A program made the translations under genes and the position numbers. From a bacterium (GTDB lineage Bacteria > UBA8248), in NCBI GenBank assembly GCA_965221165.1, contig CBDCRP010000003.1, positions 1,792,001-1,856,000 of the forward strand: DNA of 64,000 nucleotides, in the 5' to 3' direction. This document shows positions 9,369-19,358 of the stretch, one piece after another. Within the stretch, counting starts at the first letter, position 1; each line of letters begins with the position of its first letter. The notes below the pieces were generated by a model. That model saw only the letters and a list, made by a program, of their open reading frames with translations, was not told the DNA's origin and ran no database searches.

Positions 9369-10553
9369 ATGAAGCGAAGCACCGAGAGAATACTCACGAC
9401 CCACACGGGGAGCCTGCCGCGTCCCCGGGAGGTAGTGGATTTGTTGCTGGCCCAGGAGGAGGGTGGCGCGGACTCCGCCGCTCTCGATGCCGCCGTGGCG
9501 CGCGCGATAGAAGACGTCGTAGAGAAACAGGCGGCGGCGGGAGTCGACGTCATCAACGACGGCGAGCAGGGCCGGCCCGATTACACCTCCCACGTCAAGC
9601 ACAGACTGACGGGCTACGAGGGGCCGAGTTCGCCTCCGCTCGGCACGGGCGAAGAGGGTTTCCCCGAACTGTCCGAGATACTCTCTCAGTTCGCCTCGCC
9701 CCTTCAGAACCGTCCGGCCTGCTCCGGCCCCGTGGCGTGGAAGGACTGGCCCGCCGCCCAGGTGGACATCGAGCGCGTAAAGAGCGCCCTCGGCCGCGCC
9801 GATACGGAAGAGGCGTTCATGACCTCCCCTTCGCCGGGGCAGATTTCACGCTATTTGAGGAACCTCCACTATCCGAGCGAGGAGGAATACATATTCGCGC
9901 TCGCAGACGTGATGCGCCGAGAATACGAGGCGATTGTGGACGCGGGCCTGCTCTTACAACTCGACTGTCCCGACCTCGCGCTGAGCCGCCACACCGTGTT
10001 TCGGGATTTGAGCCTCGCGGATTTCCGCAAGGAAATCGAGATGCACGTCGAAGCCCTGAACCATTCGGTGCGGAACATCGCGCCCGAGCGCATGCGCATG
10101 CACATCTGCTGGGGCAGCACGCTGGGGCCGCACCATGAGGACGTTCCGCTCAAGGACATCATCGACGTCGTGCTCAAAGGACGCCCCTGCGCCGTCTCGT
10201 TCCCCGGCGCGAACCCCCGCCACGGCCATGAGTGGAAGGTGTGGCGCGAGGTCGATTTGCCCGAGGGCAAGAGCATCATCCCCGGCGTGATCGATTCGAC
10301 GTCCAACTTCGTGGAGCATCCCGAACTGGTGGCGGAGCGCATCGTGAACTACGCCGAGGCGGTGGGCCGCGAAAACGTGATCGCCGGGGTCGATTGCGGT
10401 TTCGGCACCTTTGCAGGCCGCGTCCAGGTGGATCGCCGCATCGTGTGGATGAAGATGGCCGCCCTCGCCGAAGGCGCGGCTCTGGCGTCTGGAACGCTCT
10501 GGCAAGGCGGTTCCTGGAGCCGGCCTCTTATCCCGCCACGGAGAGGCGGATGA
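9369..10553 (+). CDS. Cobalamin-independent methionine synthase II family protein (MetE C-terminal-domain-like)
   Basis: ILTTHTGSLPRP, NDGE, LQLDCPDL, HICWG, PGVIDS, DCGFG. Confidence 0.85.
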   Translation: MKRSTERILTTHTGSLPRPREVVDLLLAQEEGGADSAALDAAVARAIEDVVEKQAAAGVDVINDGEQGRPDYTSHVKHRLTGYEGPSSPPLGTGEEGFPELSEILSQFASPLQNRPACSGPVAWKDWPAAQVDIERVKSALGRADTEEAFMTSPSPGQISRYLRNLHYPSEEEYIFALADVMRREYEAIVDAGLLLQLDCPDLALSRHTVFRDLSLADFRKEIEMHVEALNHSVRNIAPERMRMHICWGSTLGPHHEDVPLKDIIDVVLKGRPCAVSFPGANPRHGHEWKVWREVDLPEGKSIIPGVIDSTSNFVEHPELVAERIVNYAEAVGRENVIAGVDCGFGTFAGRVQVDRRIVWMKMAALAEGAALASGTLWQGGSWSRPLIPPRRGG

Positions 10554-11913
10554 GTTTTTCCGCCTTCTCCTCCGCATCCAGAGCGCGGCAGGTTTCGATA
10601 ATTTCCCTGAAGCGCGGCTCCGGTATCGGGAGACCGGGGGCGATGCCCCAGAGGCGGTTCGCGAGTTCATCGAAGCTGAAGATGAACTCCCGCCCGGTGG
10701 CCTGTTTGGTGAAGACCCCCCGCTCTTTCGTGTAGATGCTCACCTTGGGAGCGAAAAGCCCCATCTCGCGTGAGGGAATGATTCTCACGCGCTCCATCAT
10801 ATCGAGCACCTCGGGCGGGTCGTCCTCGCCGGGTGGTTTGTTCAGCAGCGGATAGCCGCGCTTCACGACGCCGAACGCCGCGTAGTAATGCGTGCCGCCC
10901 GGACGCGCCGCGCCGTCCTCGCGCCGGTTCGCGAAGGCGGGGCTCGGGTATTGCGTCTCCAGCCAGTTCACCACCGTTTCCACGCGCTCGACCTCCTCAG
11001 GGCGGATGTCGTTCTCCTCGCAGAGGCTGGCCGTCACGTCGATGTGCGCGAGGTTGTAGCCCGAGGTGGAATAGATGCGGAAAAGCGTTTCGAGGAACAG
11101 CCACTCCTCCCCGAGACCTGCGGTGATTTTACCTAAGCTCGTTCTCGTATCGCCCGTGAAACTGTACGCGAGGCGGCCCTCGTTGTTTCCCGTATAAGCG
11201 TGGTAGAAACCGGCTTCACCCTCGAGCACCGTCTCTCCGCCGACGTGGCCCCGCTCGGCAAGCGCCGCCGCGAGGAGGGCATTGCGCACCGCGCCGCCTT
11301 CTCTGAGCGCCTGTCCACCGCTGCGCGGACCTTCAAGGTTTCCGCTCGCGAGGCTCACGCAAAGCGCGACCGCGCTGTTCATCTGCTCCTCGTTCAAGCG
11401 CATGATTTTCCCCGCGGCGACGGCGGCCCCGAAAATCCCGAAAACGGGATCCGCATGAAAACCGCGCGACATCACCGTGGGGATGAAGTCGGATGCCAGA
11501 CGCTCCATGACCTCATAGCCCGCGGCGACGCCCGTGAGGAAATCTTCGCCTGAGGCGCCCTCCGCTTCCGCAGAGGCCAAGGCGGCAGGAACGATGCCGG
11601 TTCCCGGGTGGGTGAGCATGCGGAACGTGTCCCACTTGCCGCCCGCCAGGGCCATTTCCGAGTTCGCGAACGCGGCGCCCCCTTTCGTCGCCCTGGCCCC
11701 GCTCACCATGATGGTCGCGCCGCCGTGAACGCCCGCTTCCTCCTCGGCGATGAGGGCGACGGCTCTTCGCCCGTCTTCGGTTTGTGAGCCCAAAAGAGCG
11801 GAGCCGATGGCTTGTAAGGTAACGCCCTTGGCGCGGTCGACGACTTCGGGCGGCAGATCCTCGAAGCGAAGCCCCGCCGCCCACCTCGCTAGCCGGCGGC
11901 TTAAGGACGCCAT
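10528..11913 (-). CDS. MmgE/PrpD family protein
   Basis: [12 protein letters not shown]-terminus, [28 protein letters not shown]; 26-bp convergent overlap with the upstream gene. Confidence 0.85.
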   Translation of the reverse strand: MASLSRRLARWAAGLRFEDLPPEVVDRAKGVTLQAIGSALLGSQTEDGRRAVALIAEEEAGVHGGATIMVSGARATKGGAAFANSEMALAGGKWDTFRMLTHPGTGIVPAALASAEAEGASGEDFLTGVAAGYEVMERLASDFIPTVMSRGFHADPVFGIFGAAVAAGKIMRLNEEQMNSAVALCVSLASGNLEGPRSGGQALREGGAVRNALLAAALAERGHVGGETVLEGEAGFYHAYTGNNEGRLAYSFTGDTRTSLGKITAGLGEEWLFLETLFRIYSTSGYNLAHIDVTASLCEENDIRPEEVERVETVVNWLETQYPSPAFANRREDGAARPGGTHYYAAFGVVKRGYPLLNKPPGEDDPPEVLDMMERVRIIPSREMGLFAPKVSIYTKERGVFTKQATGREFIFSFDELANRLWGIAPGLPIPEPRFREIIETCRALDAEEKAEKLIRLSVAG

Positions 11914-12145
11914 TTTGATGGCCTCCCCGGGGGTGGGGGGTGCGTCTCAGGGCTGGGGGATCGCCTGGTTCGTAGGAGCTTGATGATGCGAGCGATGGTC
12001 ATGAAAAGGCCAATCCTCGAAACATGGGTGAAACAAAACAGAAACGACAATTTAACCGAACTGCAAGATTCCCGTAAAGAAACCCCTCTATATTCCTATC
12101 CTGTCAACGGAGATTTTCAGTGTTCATTTTGTTTTCTGGCCGCAC

Positions 12146-12262
12146 GTGGTGGTAGAAACCGCGCTGGCGCTTTCACTGAAAGACGCGCACTCCTGGGGGC
12201 CGGGGCACGAAATCCGCGCCATGACGCACCAAAGGCTTCACACGCGCTTGTTCGTTTCTTGA
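12146..12262 (+). pseudogene. ureF: C-terminal remnant of urease accessory protein UreF
   Basis: Manual translation gives [38 protein letters not shown]; the H...RLFxS* tail is typical of UreF; no start codon; lies directly before ureG. Confidence 0.72.
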
Positions 12263-12273
12263 TGATGAGGACG

Positions 12274-12890
12274 ATGATGGATAAGGCGCCCGTAAAGATA
12301 GGCGTAGGCGGGCCGGTCGGCTCCGGGAAAACCGCCCTGGTGGACAGGCTCTGCAAGAGGATGCGCGATAAATACGCCATCGCCGTGGTGACGAACGACA
12401 TCTACACGAAAGAGGACGCGGAGTTCCTCACCAGAAGCGGCGCGCTCTCGCCGGAAAGAATATCGGGCGTGGAGACGGGCGGGTGTCCGCATACGGCGAT
12501 TCGTGAGGACATATCCCTGAACCGCGAGGCATGGAGGTCCTCGCCCGCGATTTCCATCCCCTGGACATCATTTTCGTGGAAAGCGGGGGCGACAACTTGG
12601 CCGCCACCTTCAGCCCCGAACTGGTGGATGCGTCTATCTACGTCATCGACGTGTCGGCGGGGGATAAGATTCCCCGGAAGGGCGGCCCCGGCATCACGCG
12701 CTCCGAACTTTTGCTGATCAACAAAATCGACCTGGCTCCCCTCGTGGGCGCGAATCTCGAAGTCATGGACCGAGACGCGAGGAAGATGCGCGGCGAGCGC
12801 CCGTATTTGTTCACCAACCTTAAGGCCGAACAGGGCCTGGATGAGGTGATCAACTGGATCGAACGCGAACTCCTCTTCGTGGAGGCCTGA
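12274..12890 (+). pseudogene. ureG: Urease accessory GTPase UreG with a 1-nt frameshift near 12530 (pseudogene or assembly indel)
   Basis: [27 protein letters not shown] in one frame; [21 protein letters not shown] in the next; junction GAG GC|ATG GAG lacks one base. Confidence 0.88.
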
Positions 12891-13747
12891 TGCTCCTCGC
12901 GAGCGCCGACGCGCCATCCCGCGTAGGCCGCCACGGCGTCGCCCTCGCGCGCTTTGCCCGTGCGGGGAGCCGGACGTATCTTGCGGATTCATTCTTCCGG
13001 GTGCCCTTACAGTTGATCCGCCCCCTCTATCCAGAAGGGGAGCAACCCGCCCACATGACGCTCATAAACCCCACGGGCGGGCACGTGGGAGGCGACGTGC
13101 TCGAACTCGAAATCGCGCTCGATGAGGGCGCGCGCGTTTTGTGGACGACGCAGGGGGCCACCAAGGTCTACAAGAGCCTCGGCGAGCCTGTAGTATCGAC
13201 GACCAAAATCGAGATGGGCGGTGAGAGCGGTCTCGAACTCTTGCCCGACCCGGTCATCCCTTTCAAAGATTCCATCTACGCGCAGGAGACGAAAATCTCA
13301 ATGGCCGAGGGCGCGAAACTTCTCTACGGGGAATCGCTCTATCACGGCCGGGTCGCCTCGGGCGAGCATTTCGATTATTCATCCTTGAAATTAAAGCTGC
13401 ATATCGACTACGGAGGCGTTCCCCTTTTGCGTGACGTGATGGAAGTGAACCCCAAGGAATCGGACCCCGAGCGACTCGGCCTGTTCGAGCCTTATCCCTA
13501 CCTGGGTTCTTTTTACGTCGCGGGCGGCGCGGATGCGGAACTGAATCTCATCGCAGAGCAAGTCGATTCCCTGCTGACGCGGGGAGTGGGGTTGGCGGGC
13601 GGTTGCAGCCTGCTGGCCGGCCCCGGTGCGCTGGTCCGCTGGCTGGCGGAATCACCCGAAGTTTTAAGAAAAACGCATTTCGAAATCTGGAAGGTCGCGA
13701 GAAAAGCGCTTTTCGGGCAGGAAGCGACACCGCTCAGGAAGTTTTAA
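12890..13747 (+). CDS. ureD: Urease accessory protein UreD/UreH
   Basis: PLQLIRPLY, NPTGGHVGGD, TTQGATKVYKS, LPDPVIPF, GRVASGE.F, LRKF end; TGATG coupling to ureG. Confidence 0.88.
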   Translation: MLLASADAPSRVGRHGVALARFARAGSRTYLADSFFRVPLQLIRPLYPEGEQPAHMTLINPTGGHVGGDVLELEIALDEGARVLWTTQGATKVYKSLGEPVVSTTKIEMGGESGLELLPDPVIPFKDSIYAQETKISMAEGAKLLYGESLYHGRVASGEHFDYSSLKLKLHIDYGGVPLLRDVMEVNPKESDPERLGLFEPYPYLGSFYVAGGADAELNLIAEQVDSLLTRGVGLAGGCSLLAGPGALVRWLAESPEVLRKTHFEIWKVARKALFGQEATPLRKF

Positions 13748-13830
13748 GAAAAGCGTGGATATGGGGTCCCTCATTTTCGTGAGAGCTGCTCCCTCTTGAG
13801 GGTTTGTGATTCTGAGTGCTTTGTTTTTCC

Positions 13831-13942
13831 GTAGGGGCGGACCTGCGTGTCCGCCCTTTTTTATGATGTATTGCGTTGTTCATATAGATAGGGTTCGTGA
13901 TCTTTCTGTTTGTTGCGGGTGGACACGCAGGTCCGCTCCTAC
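13831..13942. repeat. Inverted REP doublet (REPIN-like)
   Basis: GTAGGGGCGGACCTGCGTGTCCGCCC (13831-13856) and an inverted copy (13917-13942) 24/26 identical; GTAG head followed by a palindrome. Confidence 0.78.
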
Positions 13943-13960
13943 GAAGCCTCGTCATTCCCC

Positions 13961-14090
13961 ACAGGGGCAACCCATACTCGGGGCTGCCCCACCATTGGCG
14001 AACCGCCCCTACAAAAAGGGCGGGTCGCATATATGCGACCCCTACAAAAGCGTTCCACCGCTGGGACAGGCACTGGGGGCCTGTCCCTAC
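13961..14090. repeat. Cluster of further GTAG-type REP-like palindromes
   Basis: Unit 13963-14013 resembles 14841-14890; reverse-strand GTAGGGGTCGCATATATGCGACCC (14022-14045) and GTAGGGACAGGCCCCCAGTGCCTGTCCC (14063-14090). Confidence 0.65.
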
Positions 14091-14113
14091 GCATACGGCG
14101 ATAGCGTTTTCGC

Positions 14114-14165
14114 TCGTCATTCCGGCGCATGCCGGTGGCAACCGGGAGGTTGACCAGAGCCGATG
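14114..14165 (+). repeat. 52-bp exact direct repeat, copy 1
   Basis: TCGTCATTCCGGCGCATGCCGGTGGCAACCGGGAGGTTGACCAGAGCCGATG, identical to 14657-14708. Confidence 0.92.
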
Positions 14166-14200
14166 GGGGTGGATACATTCCGGTATTTCGTTCCGTCTTT

Positions 14201-14305
14201 GATCGGGCGGGGCGCTACGCCGTTCGCCTGAGCGCCAATATGCGCGTCACATTCGGATGGGACGACGACGGCGCAGTGGACGTGGACATAGAGGACTATC
14301 ACTGA
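14201..14305 (+). pseudogene. higB: C-terminal remnant of HigB-type (RelE superfamily) toxin
   Basis: DRAGRYAVRLSANMRVTFGWDDDGAVDVDIEDYH*; DYH* end typical of HigB; stop overlaps higA start (TGATG); N-terminus absent. Confidence 0.75.
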
Positions 14306-14610
14306 TGATCGAGAGACACCCTTCCATCGACCCGGCGCATCCGGGGGAAATCCTGCGCGAGGACGTCCTGCCCGCCCTCGGGGTGAGCAAGACGGCGGTG
14401 GCCGCGGCCCTCGGCATTTCCCGGCAGACGCTCTACGACATCCTGAACGAGAAGCAGCCGGTTACCGACGAGATGGCGGTTCGCTTCGGCAAGCTCTTCG
14501 GCAACGGCCCGGGTTTTTGGGTCAACCTCCAGCGCAACTACGATCTGGCGCGCGCGGAACGTTCGGTGGATGTCAGCGGAATACCGACGCTCGAAGCGAG
14601 GGGCACCTAG
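14305..14610 (+). CDS. higA: HigA-family addiction module antitoxin (Xre HTH)
   Basis: HPGEILREDVL, LGISRQTLYDILNEK, MAVRFGKLFG...FWVNLQ..YDL. Confidence 0.9.
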   Translation: MIERHPSIDPAHPGEILREDVLPALGVSKTAVAAALGISRQTLYDILNEKQPVTDEMAVRFGKLFGNGPGFWVNLQRNYDLARAERSVDVSGIPTLEARGT

Positions 14611-14656
14611 CAGGGACAGGTCGCGACATGTCCCTAAAACCCTGAACCGAAGATGT

Positions 14657-14708
14657 TCGTCATTCCGGCGCATGCCGGTGGCAACCGGGAGGTTGACCAG
14701 AGCCGATG
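14657..14708 (+). repeat. 52-bp exact direct repeat, copy 2
   Basis: Identical to 14114-14165; a related inverted GGATTCCGGCATACGCCGGAATGACG lies at ~14780-14805. Confidence 0.92.
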
Positions 14709-14925
14709 CGGTTACCAACATAGTAGGACGACCAGTGAAAACGATAGGCCAAAGAGTCAAAAACAAGAACAAAGTCGCTGGATTCCGGCATACGCCGGAA
14801 TGACGGTGGCCTATCTCGGTCGATGAGATAGAGAGTCTGTAGGGGCAACCCTCCTCTGGGTTACCCCACAATTCACGAACCGCCACTACAGACGCGTCGT
14901 TCAAACTCTTTGTCTGCGCCTGCTC

Positions 14926-17238
14926 CTATAGCGGGCCGAAATCGGGCGGCGGGATGCGGCGCTTGGAAGCCGCCTCATACGTCGAGGCGATCCGGAGCAG
15001 GGCGTCCTCTTTGCCGGGTTCGGCGCGGAACACGAGAGAAAACGGCAGGCCCGGTTCTGGGATGATGGTGGCCTGATCGTTGGGAACGGAGATGAACCGG
15101 ACGCCGTCCTCGCTCAGTTCGAAAACGGGGTCATAGGTCGTGCGCACGTAGCCCGCCGGCACGAGCACTTCGGTTAGCCCGGCGTTCGGCCCGCTTTGCG
15201 ATTCGGGCCGCGAGTTCAGCACGAGGCCGGGCTGGACCGCTCCTCCGATGATGGCCGGCGGAAACGGCGTGTGCAAGCGCACGAGGGCGTCCAGCTTGTT
15301 TTCCAGAATCACCATCATGTCCACGCGGCGCAAAAGCTCGCGCAGCATGATGCGCTCGTTCACCCCCTGCCTGCCGCCGTGGGGATTGCGCGGGTCTGCG
15401 ACTTCCTCCCAATTCCTGAAGGCGGCGCGATGGTCGTCGCCCCAGAATTTAGAGCGCGCGTTCAGTTCGGGAAAGCCGGTGATGGTCTCGCTGAATCCGC
15501 GCGCCTCCCAGTCCTCGGACCGGCGCGAGAGGTACTGGTGGATGTGGTAGCGAAACGTCATGGCGAGTTCCTGCTGCTGCACGGTGGCGAGGTCCAAGTT
15601 TTCAGGCTGCTCGATTCTGCCCTCGCCCATGTCGAGCATGTAGTCGATGGGCTGCATGTCGCCCGAGCCGAAGACGACGCCCGGCGCGAACTCGGTGGGG
15701 ACGATGGCCTCGGCGAACTCCCTGAAGAGCGGCGCGCCCTCGGGCGTGAGCCGGAACATGATGTCGGGCATGAAGACGGGGATGAGCCTGGCGAGCGCGC
15801 GGCGGAAATCCGTCTTCATCGTCTCGATCCCGGGGTCGCCCGCCCAGAGCGGGTCGGTGGATTCGAGGAGTTTCGCACCGAGTTTCTGGCCGAGTACCTC
15901 CTTCATCTCTCTCGCCGCCGCGTTGACGATGGGCTCTTCCGACTTAGAACCCCTCGGATAGACCATGGACTCGCGGATGACCCCGATGCGCACGCCCTCG
16001 AGCGCGCCCGCCTCCCCGCTCGTTCTCACGTGCGCCGCGTAGGGCGTATCCAGAACGGAGGAGCGCGGCACCGTCGTGAACGGATCGCGCGGGTCGTAGT
16101 AGCCGTTCACCGGGTCTTTCAAGGCGTCGAGAACTTTTGCGCAATCGCCCAGGCATTTCGTGATGATGCCGCTCCTGTCGCAGTAGATGTCCGCCCCGAT
16201 GGCCCCGCCGTCGAAGCCGAGCATCGCCTTGTGCGGCAGAATGAGCGCTACGGCGTTGTGGTTCGACGGCCCCCGGCAGGAGGCTCTCGTCTCCTCGCCC
16301 AGGCTCGCCATCACCATGTTGGTGCTCACCGAGAGGGCGGACCCGGAACTCGAACCCAAAGACGCCGCCCGCGTGGTGTCGTAGGGGTTCGAGGGGTTTC
16401 CGCCCCACGTGCTGCGCTGGTAGCCCAGGACGGAGGGCAGCACCTTCTCGGGTGCGTGCCGCCCGCCCGGGTCGCCCGCGCGTCCGTTGTATTCGGTGCT
16501 GACGGCCTTGGCGAAGATGATGGCGCCCTTGTTCCTGAGCTGCTCGACGAGGATGTGGTCGCGCGCGGGAAAATCGATGTCGTAGCCGGCGTCGCCCCCG
16601 CCCGTCGAGCGCATGTCCTTGGTGTCGAAGGGGTCCTTGAAGGAGAACGCCACGCCGTGCATCGGCATTTTTTCGAGGTCGGGGTTCGCGCCGTATTCGG
16701 CGTCCAGTTCCGCCGCGCGCTCGAGCGCGTCGGGATAGTGGCGAAAGACCTCGCACATGGGCGGCGCGCCCGGCGGCAGCGGGCCTTCTGCGGGATGCCT
16801 GTCGAAATCGCCCCGGCAGGTGACGGAGCGTTCGCCGCGAATGTTCAGGGTGGCGAGGGCGTTCACCTGGCCCGCGTTCGGGATGCCGACGATCATCCCG
16901 TATTGCTGCTGGACGGCCGGGTCGGACGCGGTGGCCTCCATGCGCCCGAACTCGAGCGGCGGCCCCTTGTATTTATCCAGTTCGGGCAGTACGTCCGCGG
17001 CCTTCACGGTCTCTGTCGGGAAGCGAAGCGGGGAGCCTCCCCGCATCGCGCCCGTAGCTTCGGGAACGGGCGCGCCGTCTTCGGTGACGAGCATGCTGGC
17101 GACGCCGTTATACGCGCGCACGCGCTCCAGGTAGCGCTCCACGACTTCTACGCAGGTCGTGCGCCCGGCGCGAATCGCCGCGTGTAAATCCTCCATGCTC
17201 GCTTCTTCCAAGCGAAACGCCCCGGTCCTATCCTCCAT
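14926..17238 (-). CDS. Large amidase-signature family protein (770 aa)
   Basis: FSFKDPFD (Lys), LRNKGAIIFAK, NPYD..R..LGSSSGS, GEETRASCRGP. Confidence 0.85.
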   Translation of the reverse strand: MEDRTGAFRLEEASMEDLHAAIRAGRTTCVEVVERYLERVRAYNGVASMLVTEDGAPVPEATGAMRGGSPLRFPTETVKAADVLPELDKYKGPPLEFGRMEATASDPAVQQQYGMIVGIPNAGQVNALATLNIRGERSVTCRGDFDRHPAEGPLPPGAPPMCEVFRHYPDALERAAELDAEYGANPDLEKMPMHGVAFSFKDPFDTKDMRSTGGGDAGYDIDFPARDHILVEQLRNKGAIIFAKAVSTEYNGRAGDPGGRHAPEKVLPSVLGYQRSTWGGNPSNPYDTTRAASLGSSSGSALSVSTNMVMASLGEETRASCRGPSNHNAVALILPHKAMLGFDGGAIGADIYCDRSGIITKCLGDCAKVLDALKDPVNGYYDPRDPFTTVPRSSVLDTPYAAHVRTSGEAGALEGVRIGVIRESMVYPRGSKSEEPIVNAAAREMKEVLGQKLGAKLLESTDPLWAGDPGIETMKTDFRRALARLIPVFMPDIMFRLTPEGAPLFREFAEAIVPTEFAPGVVFGSGDMQPIDYMLDMGEGRIEQPENLDLATVQQQELAMTFRYHIHQYLSRRSEDWEARGFSETITGFPELNARSKFWGDDHRAAFRNWEEVADPRNPHGGRQGVNERIMLRELLRRVDMMVILENKLDALVRLHTPFPPAIIGGAVQPGLVLNSRPESQSGPNAGLTEVLVPAGYVRTTYDPVFELSEDGVRFISVPNDQATIIPEPGLPFSLVFRAEPGKEDALLRIASTYEAASKRRIPPPDFGPL

Positions 17239-17590
17239 GACGCATCCTTTCGTATCCTCTCGTGTCGGCTCGCCCCCGCCCGGCGGAGGGAGCGGTTATT
17301 CGGTTTCAAATGATTCGGGAATACTATGGGCGACGCCCGATTTTCGCAACGGCGTTTTGGGAAAATGAGGGAGGGGTGGATACGGGAATCGCTCCAGCGT
17401 CGCGCCGGTTCGCTCTCGCGCTTATGCCCCTTGCGCCGATTTCGCCTGGCCGCCCGGGGCATAAGTCGATGGACTGGTTCGCTCGCGTGCAGTTGCCCGC
17501 AATTGCCGCTCGAAGACATTGGGATGTTCTCTTACTATCCCCAAGCGGATTTCAGCGCGAACCCGCCGCCCCCCAATTCCGAATTACTGA

Positions 17591-17613
17591 AAAATACGAT
17601 AAAATACGATAAA
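17591..17613. promoter_or_regulatory. Tandem AAAATACGAT repeat in an AT-rich divergent promoter region
   Basis: AAAATACGAT twice with a 10-bp period, between the divergent amidase and BVMO genes. Confidence 0.35.
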
Positions 17614-17693
17614 TTTATGATGTTTTTCGATAAATAAATGAAAACGAATGATGCTCTAAGTGTCTGAATAATAACTGTATAAGGGGTTTTGGG

Positions 17694-19358
17694 TTGAATA
17701 ATAAGGTAAAGACGGATCTGGACGCCCTCATCGTCGGCGCGGGCGTCGCCGGGCTTTTCATGCTCTACCGGCTGCGCTCGCGGGGCTTTACGGCGCGTGT
17801 ATACGAGGCGGGCGGCGACGTGGGCGGCACCTGGTACTGGAACCGCTACCCGGGCGCGCGATGCGACACGGAGAGCGTTCAGTATTCCTATCAATTCTCG
17901 GAAGAACTCCAGCAGGAATGGGAGTGGGCGGAGCGCTACGCGAGCCAGCCCGAAATTCTGCGCTATATCAACCATGTGGCCGAACGCTTTGATTTAAGAA
18001 GGGACGTTGTCTTCAACACGCGAATCGCCTCCGCCGTTTTCGACGAGGAAGCAAGCCATTGGGTCTTCAAGACCGATAGCGGCGAGCGGGTATCGGCGGC
18101 GTTTTGCGTGATGGCCACCGGGTGTCTCTCCTCTCCCAATTTTCCCGCCTTCGAGGGTCTCGACTCCTTCGACGGCCCCGTTTTTCACACCGGTCTCTGG
18201 CCGCATGAAAAGGTGGATTTCTCGGGCAAACGCGTGGGCGTAATCGGCACGGGTTCATCCGCCATGCAGTCCATTCCCGTCATCGCGCGCGAGGCGGACG
18301 AAGTGTATGTCTTCCAAAGAACGGCGCACTACGCCGTGCCCGCGCACAACGGCCCCATCAGCGAGGAGCGGGTGCGCGATGTGAAGGCGAATTACCCGCA
18401 AATCAGGGCGAGAGCCAAGCGATCGGCCACGGGTTTCGATCAGACTTTCAATGACAAAGCGGTTTTGGAGGTTGATGAGGGAGAACGCGAGCGCGAATAT
18501 GAGAAACACTGGGCGCACGGGGGTTTGCTCTTCCTCTCCGCCTTCACGGATTTGCGCTACAGCGAGGAGGCGAACCAGACGGCGGGCGAATTCGTCCGGA
18601 ACAAGATTCGCTCGGTCGTGAAGGATCCGAAAACAGCGGAACTGCTTTGCCCCACCACGGTCATCGGATGCAAGCGTCTTTGCGTGGTCACGGAGTATTA
18701 CGAGGCCTACAACCGCCCGAACGTGCACCTGATCGACGTGAGCGAATCGCCCATCGAGAGGATAACGACAAAAGGGGTGATGACGGCGGGGCGGGTGTAC
18801 GAAATCGACATGCTCGTCCTGGCCACGGGGTTCGACGCCATGACGGGCACCCTGCTCAGAATCGACATCAGGGGCCGCGGCGGGCGGACCTTGCAGGACA
18901 AATGGAAGGAGGGCCCCCGCACATATCTCGGCCTCATGACGGCGGGATTCCCGAACATGTTCACCATCACGGGCCCCGGAAGCCCGTCGGTTCTGACGAA
19001 CATGCAGACTTCCATCGACCATCACGTCGAGTGGATAGGCGCGTGCCTCGTGTATTTGCGTGAAAAGGGAATGAAATCCATCGAAGCGTCGGTGGAGGCG
19101 GAAGACGCCTGGGTGGCGCACAACAACGAGGAGACCGCCAAGACGATTCGTTACCAGTGCACCTCCTGGTATCTGGGGGCGAACATACCGGGCAAGCCGC
19201 GGGTGTTCATGCCCTACATCGCCGGGTTCGACGTGTATTCGAACAAATGCGCGCAAATCGTGGCGGCGGGATACGCGGGGTTTCACTTGATTCGTAACGA
19301 GGAAGCCGTTCCTTGCGGTTCAGGACTGGCTTCACCCAAAAGGAGGGAGGCCGGGTGA
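17694..19358 (+). CDS. Type I Baeyer-Villiger monooxygenase (CHMO/PAMO-like)
   Basis: GAGVAG, GGTWYWNRYPGARCD, BVMO fingerprint FDGPVFHTGLWP, GTGSS, ATGFD. Confidence 0.93.
   Translation: MNNKVKTDLDALIVGAGVAGLFMLYRLRSRGFTARVYEAGGDVGGTWYWNRYPGARCDTESVQYSYQFSEELQQEWEWAERYASQPEILRYINHVAERFDLRRDVVFNTRIASAVFDEEASHWVFKTDSGERVSAAFCVMATGCLSSPNFPAFEGLDSFDGPVFHTGLWPHEKVDFSGKRVGVIGTGSSAMQSIPVIAREADEVYVFQRTAHYAVPAHNGPISEERVRDVKANYPQIRARAKRSATGFDQTFNDKAVLEVDEGEREREYEKHWAHGGLLFLSAFTDLRYSEEANQTAGEFVRNKIRSVVKDPKTAELLCPTTVIGCKRLCVVTEYYEAYNRPNVHLIDVSESPIERITTKGVMTAGRVYEIDMLVLATGFDAMTGTLLRIDIRGRGGRTLQDKWKEGPRTYLGLMTAGFPNMFTITGPGSPSVLTNMQTSIDHHVEWIGACLVYLREKGMKSIEASVEAEDAWVAHNNEETAKTIRYQCTSWYLGANIPGKPRVFMPYIAGFDVYSNKCAQIVAAGYAGFHLIRNEEAVPCGSGLASPKRREAG

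Noticed and set aside
12520-12545. Programmed ribosomal frameshift in ureG
   Set aside because: No slippery sequence or stimulatory structure was seen, and none is known for ureG.
13831-14890. CRISPR array
   Set aside because: Repeats are heterogeneous, partly inverted and irregularly spaced, and no cas genes are present.
15196-17187. 663-aa plus-strand ORF, and similar long shadow ORFs (27194-28960, 30485-32017, 45244-46830, 58207-59397)
   Set aside because: Antisense to well-supported genes; typical high-GC shadow frames with no motifs.
17400-17490. Riboswitch upstream of the amidase (CTTATGCCCC/GGGGCATAAG stem)
   Set aside because: Only a 10-bp inverted repeat, with no recognisable riboswitch consensus.
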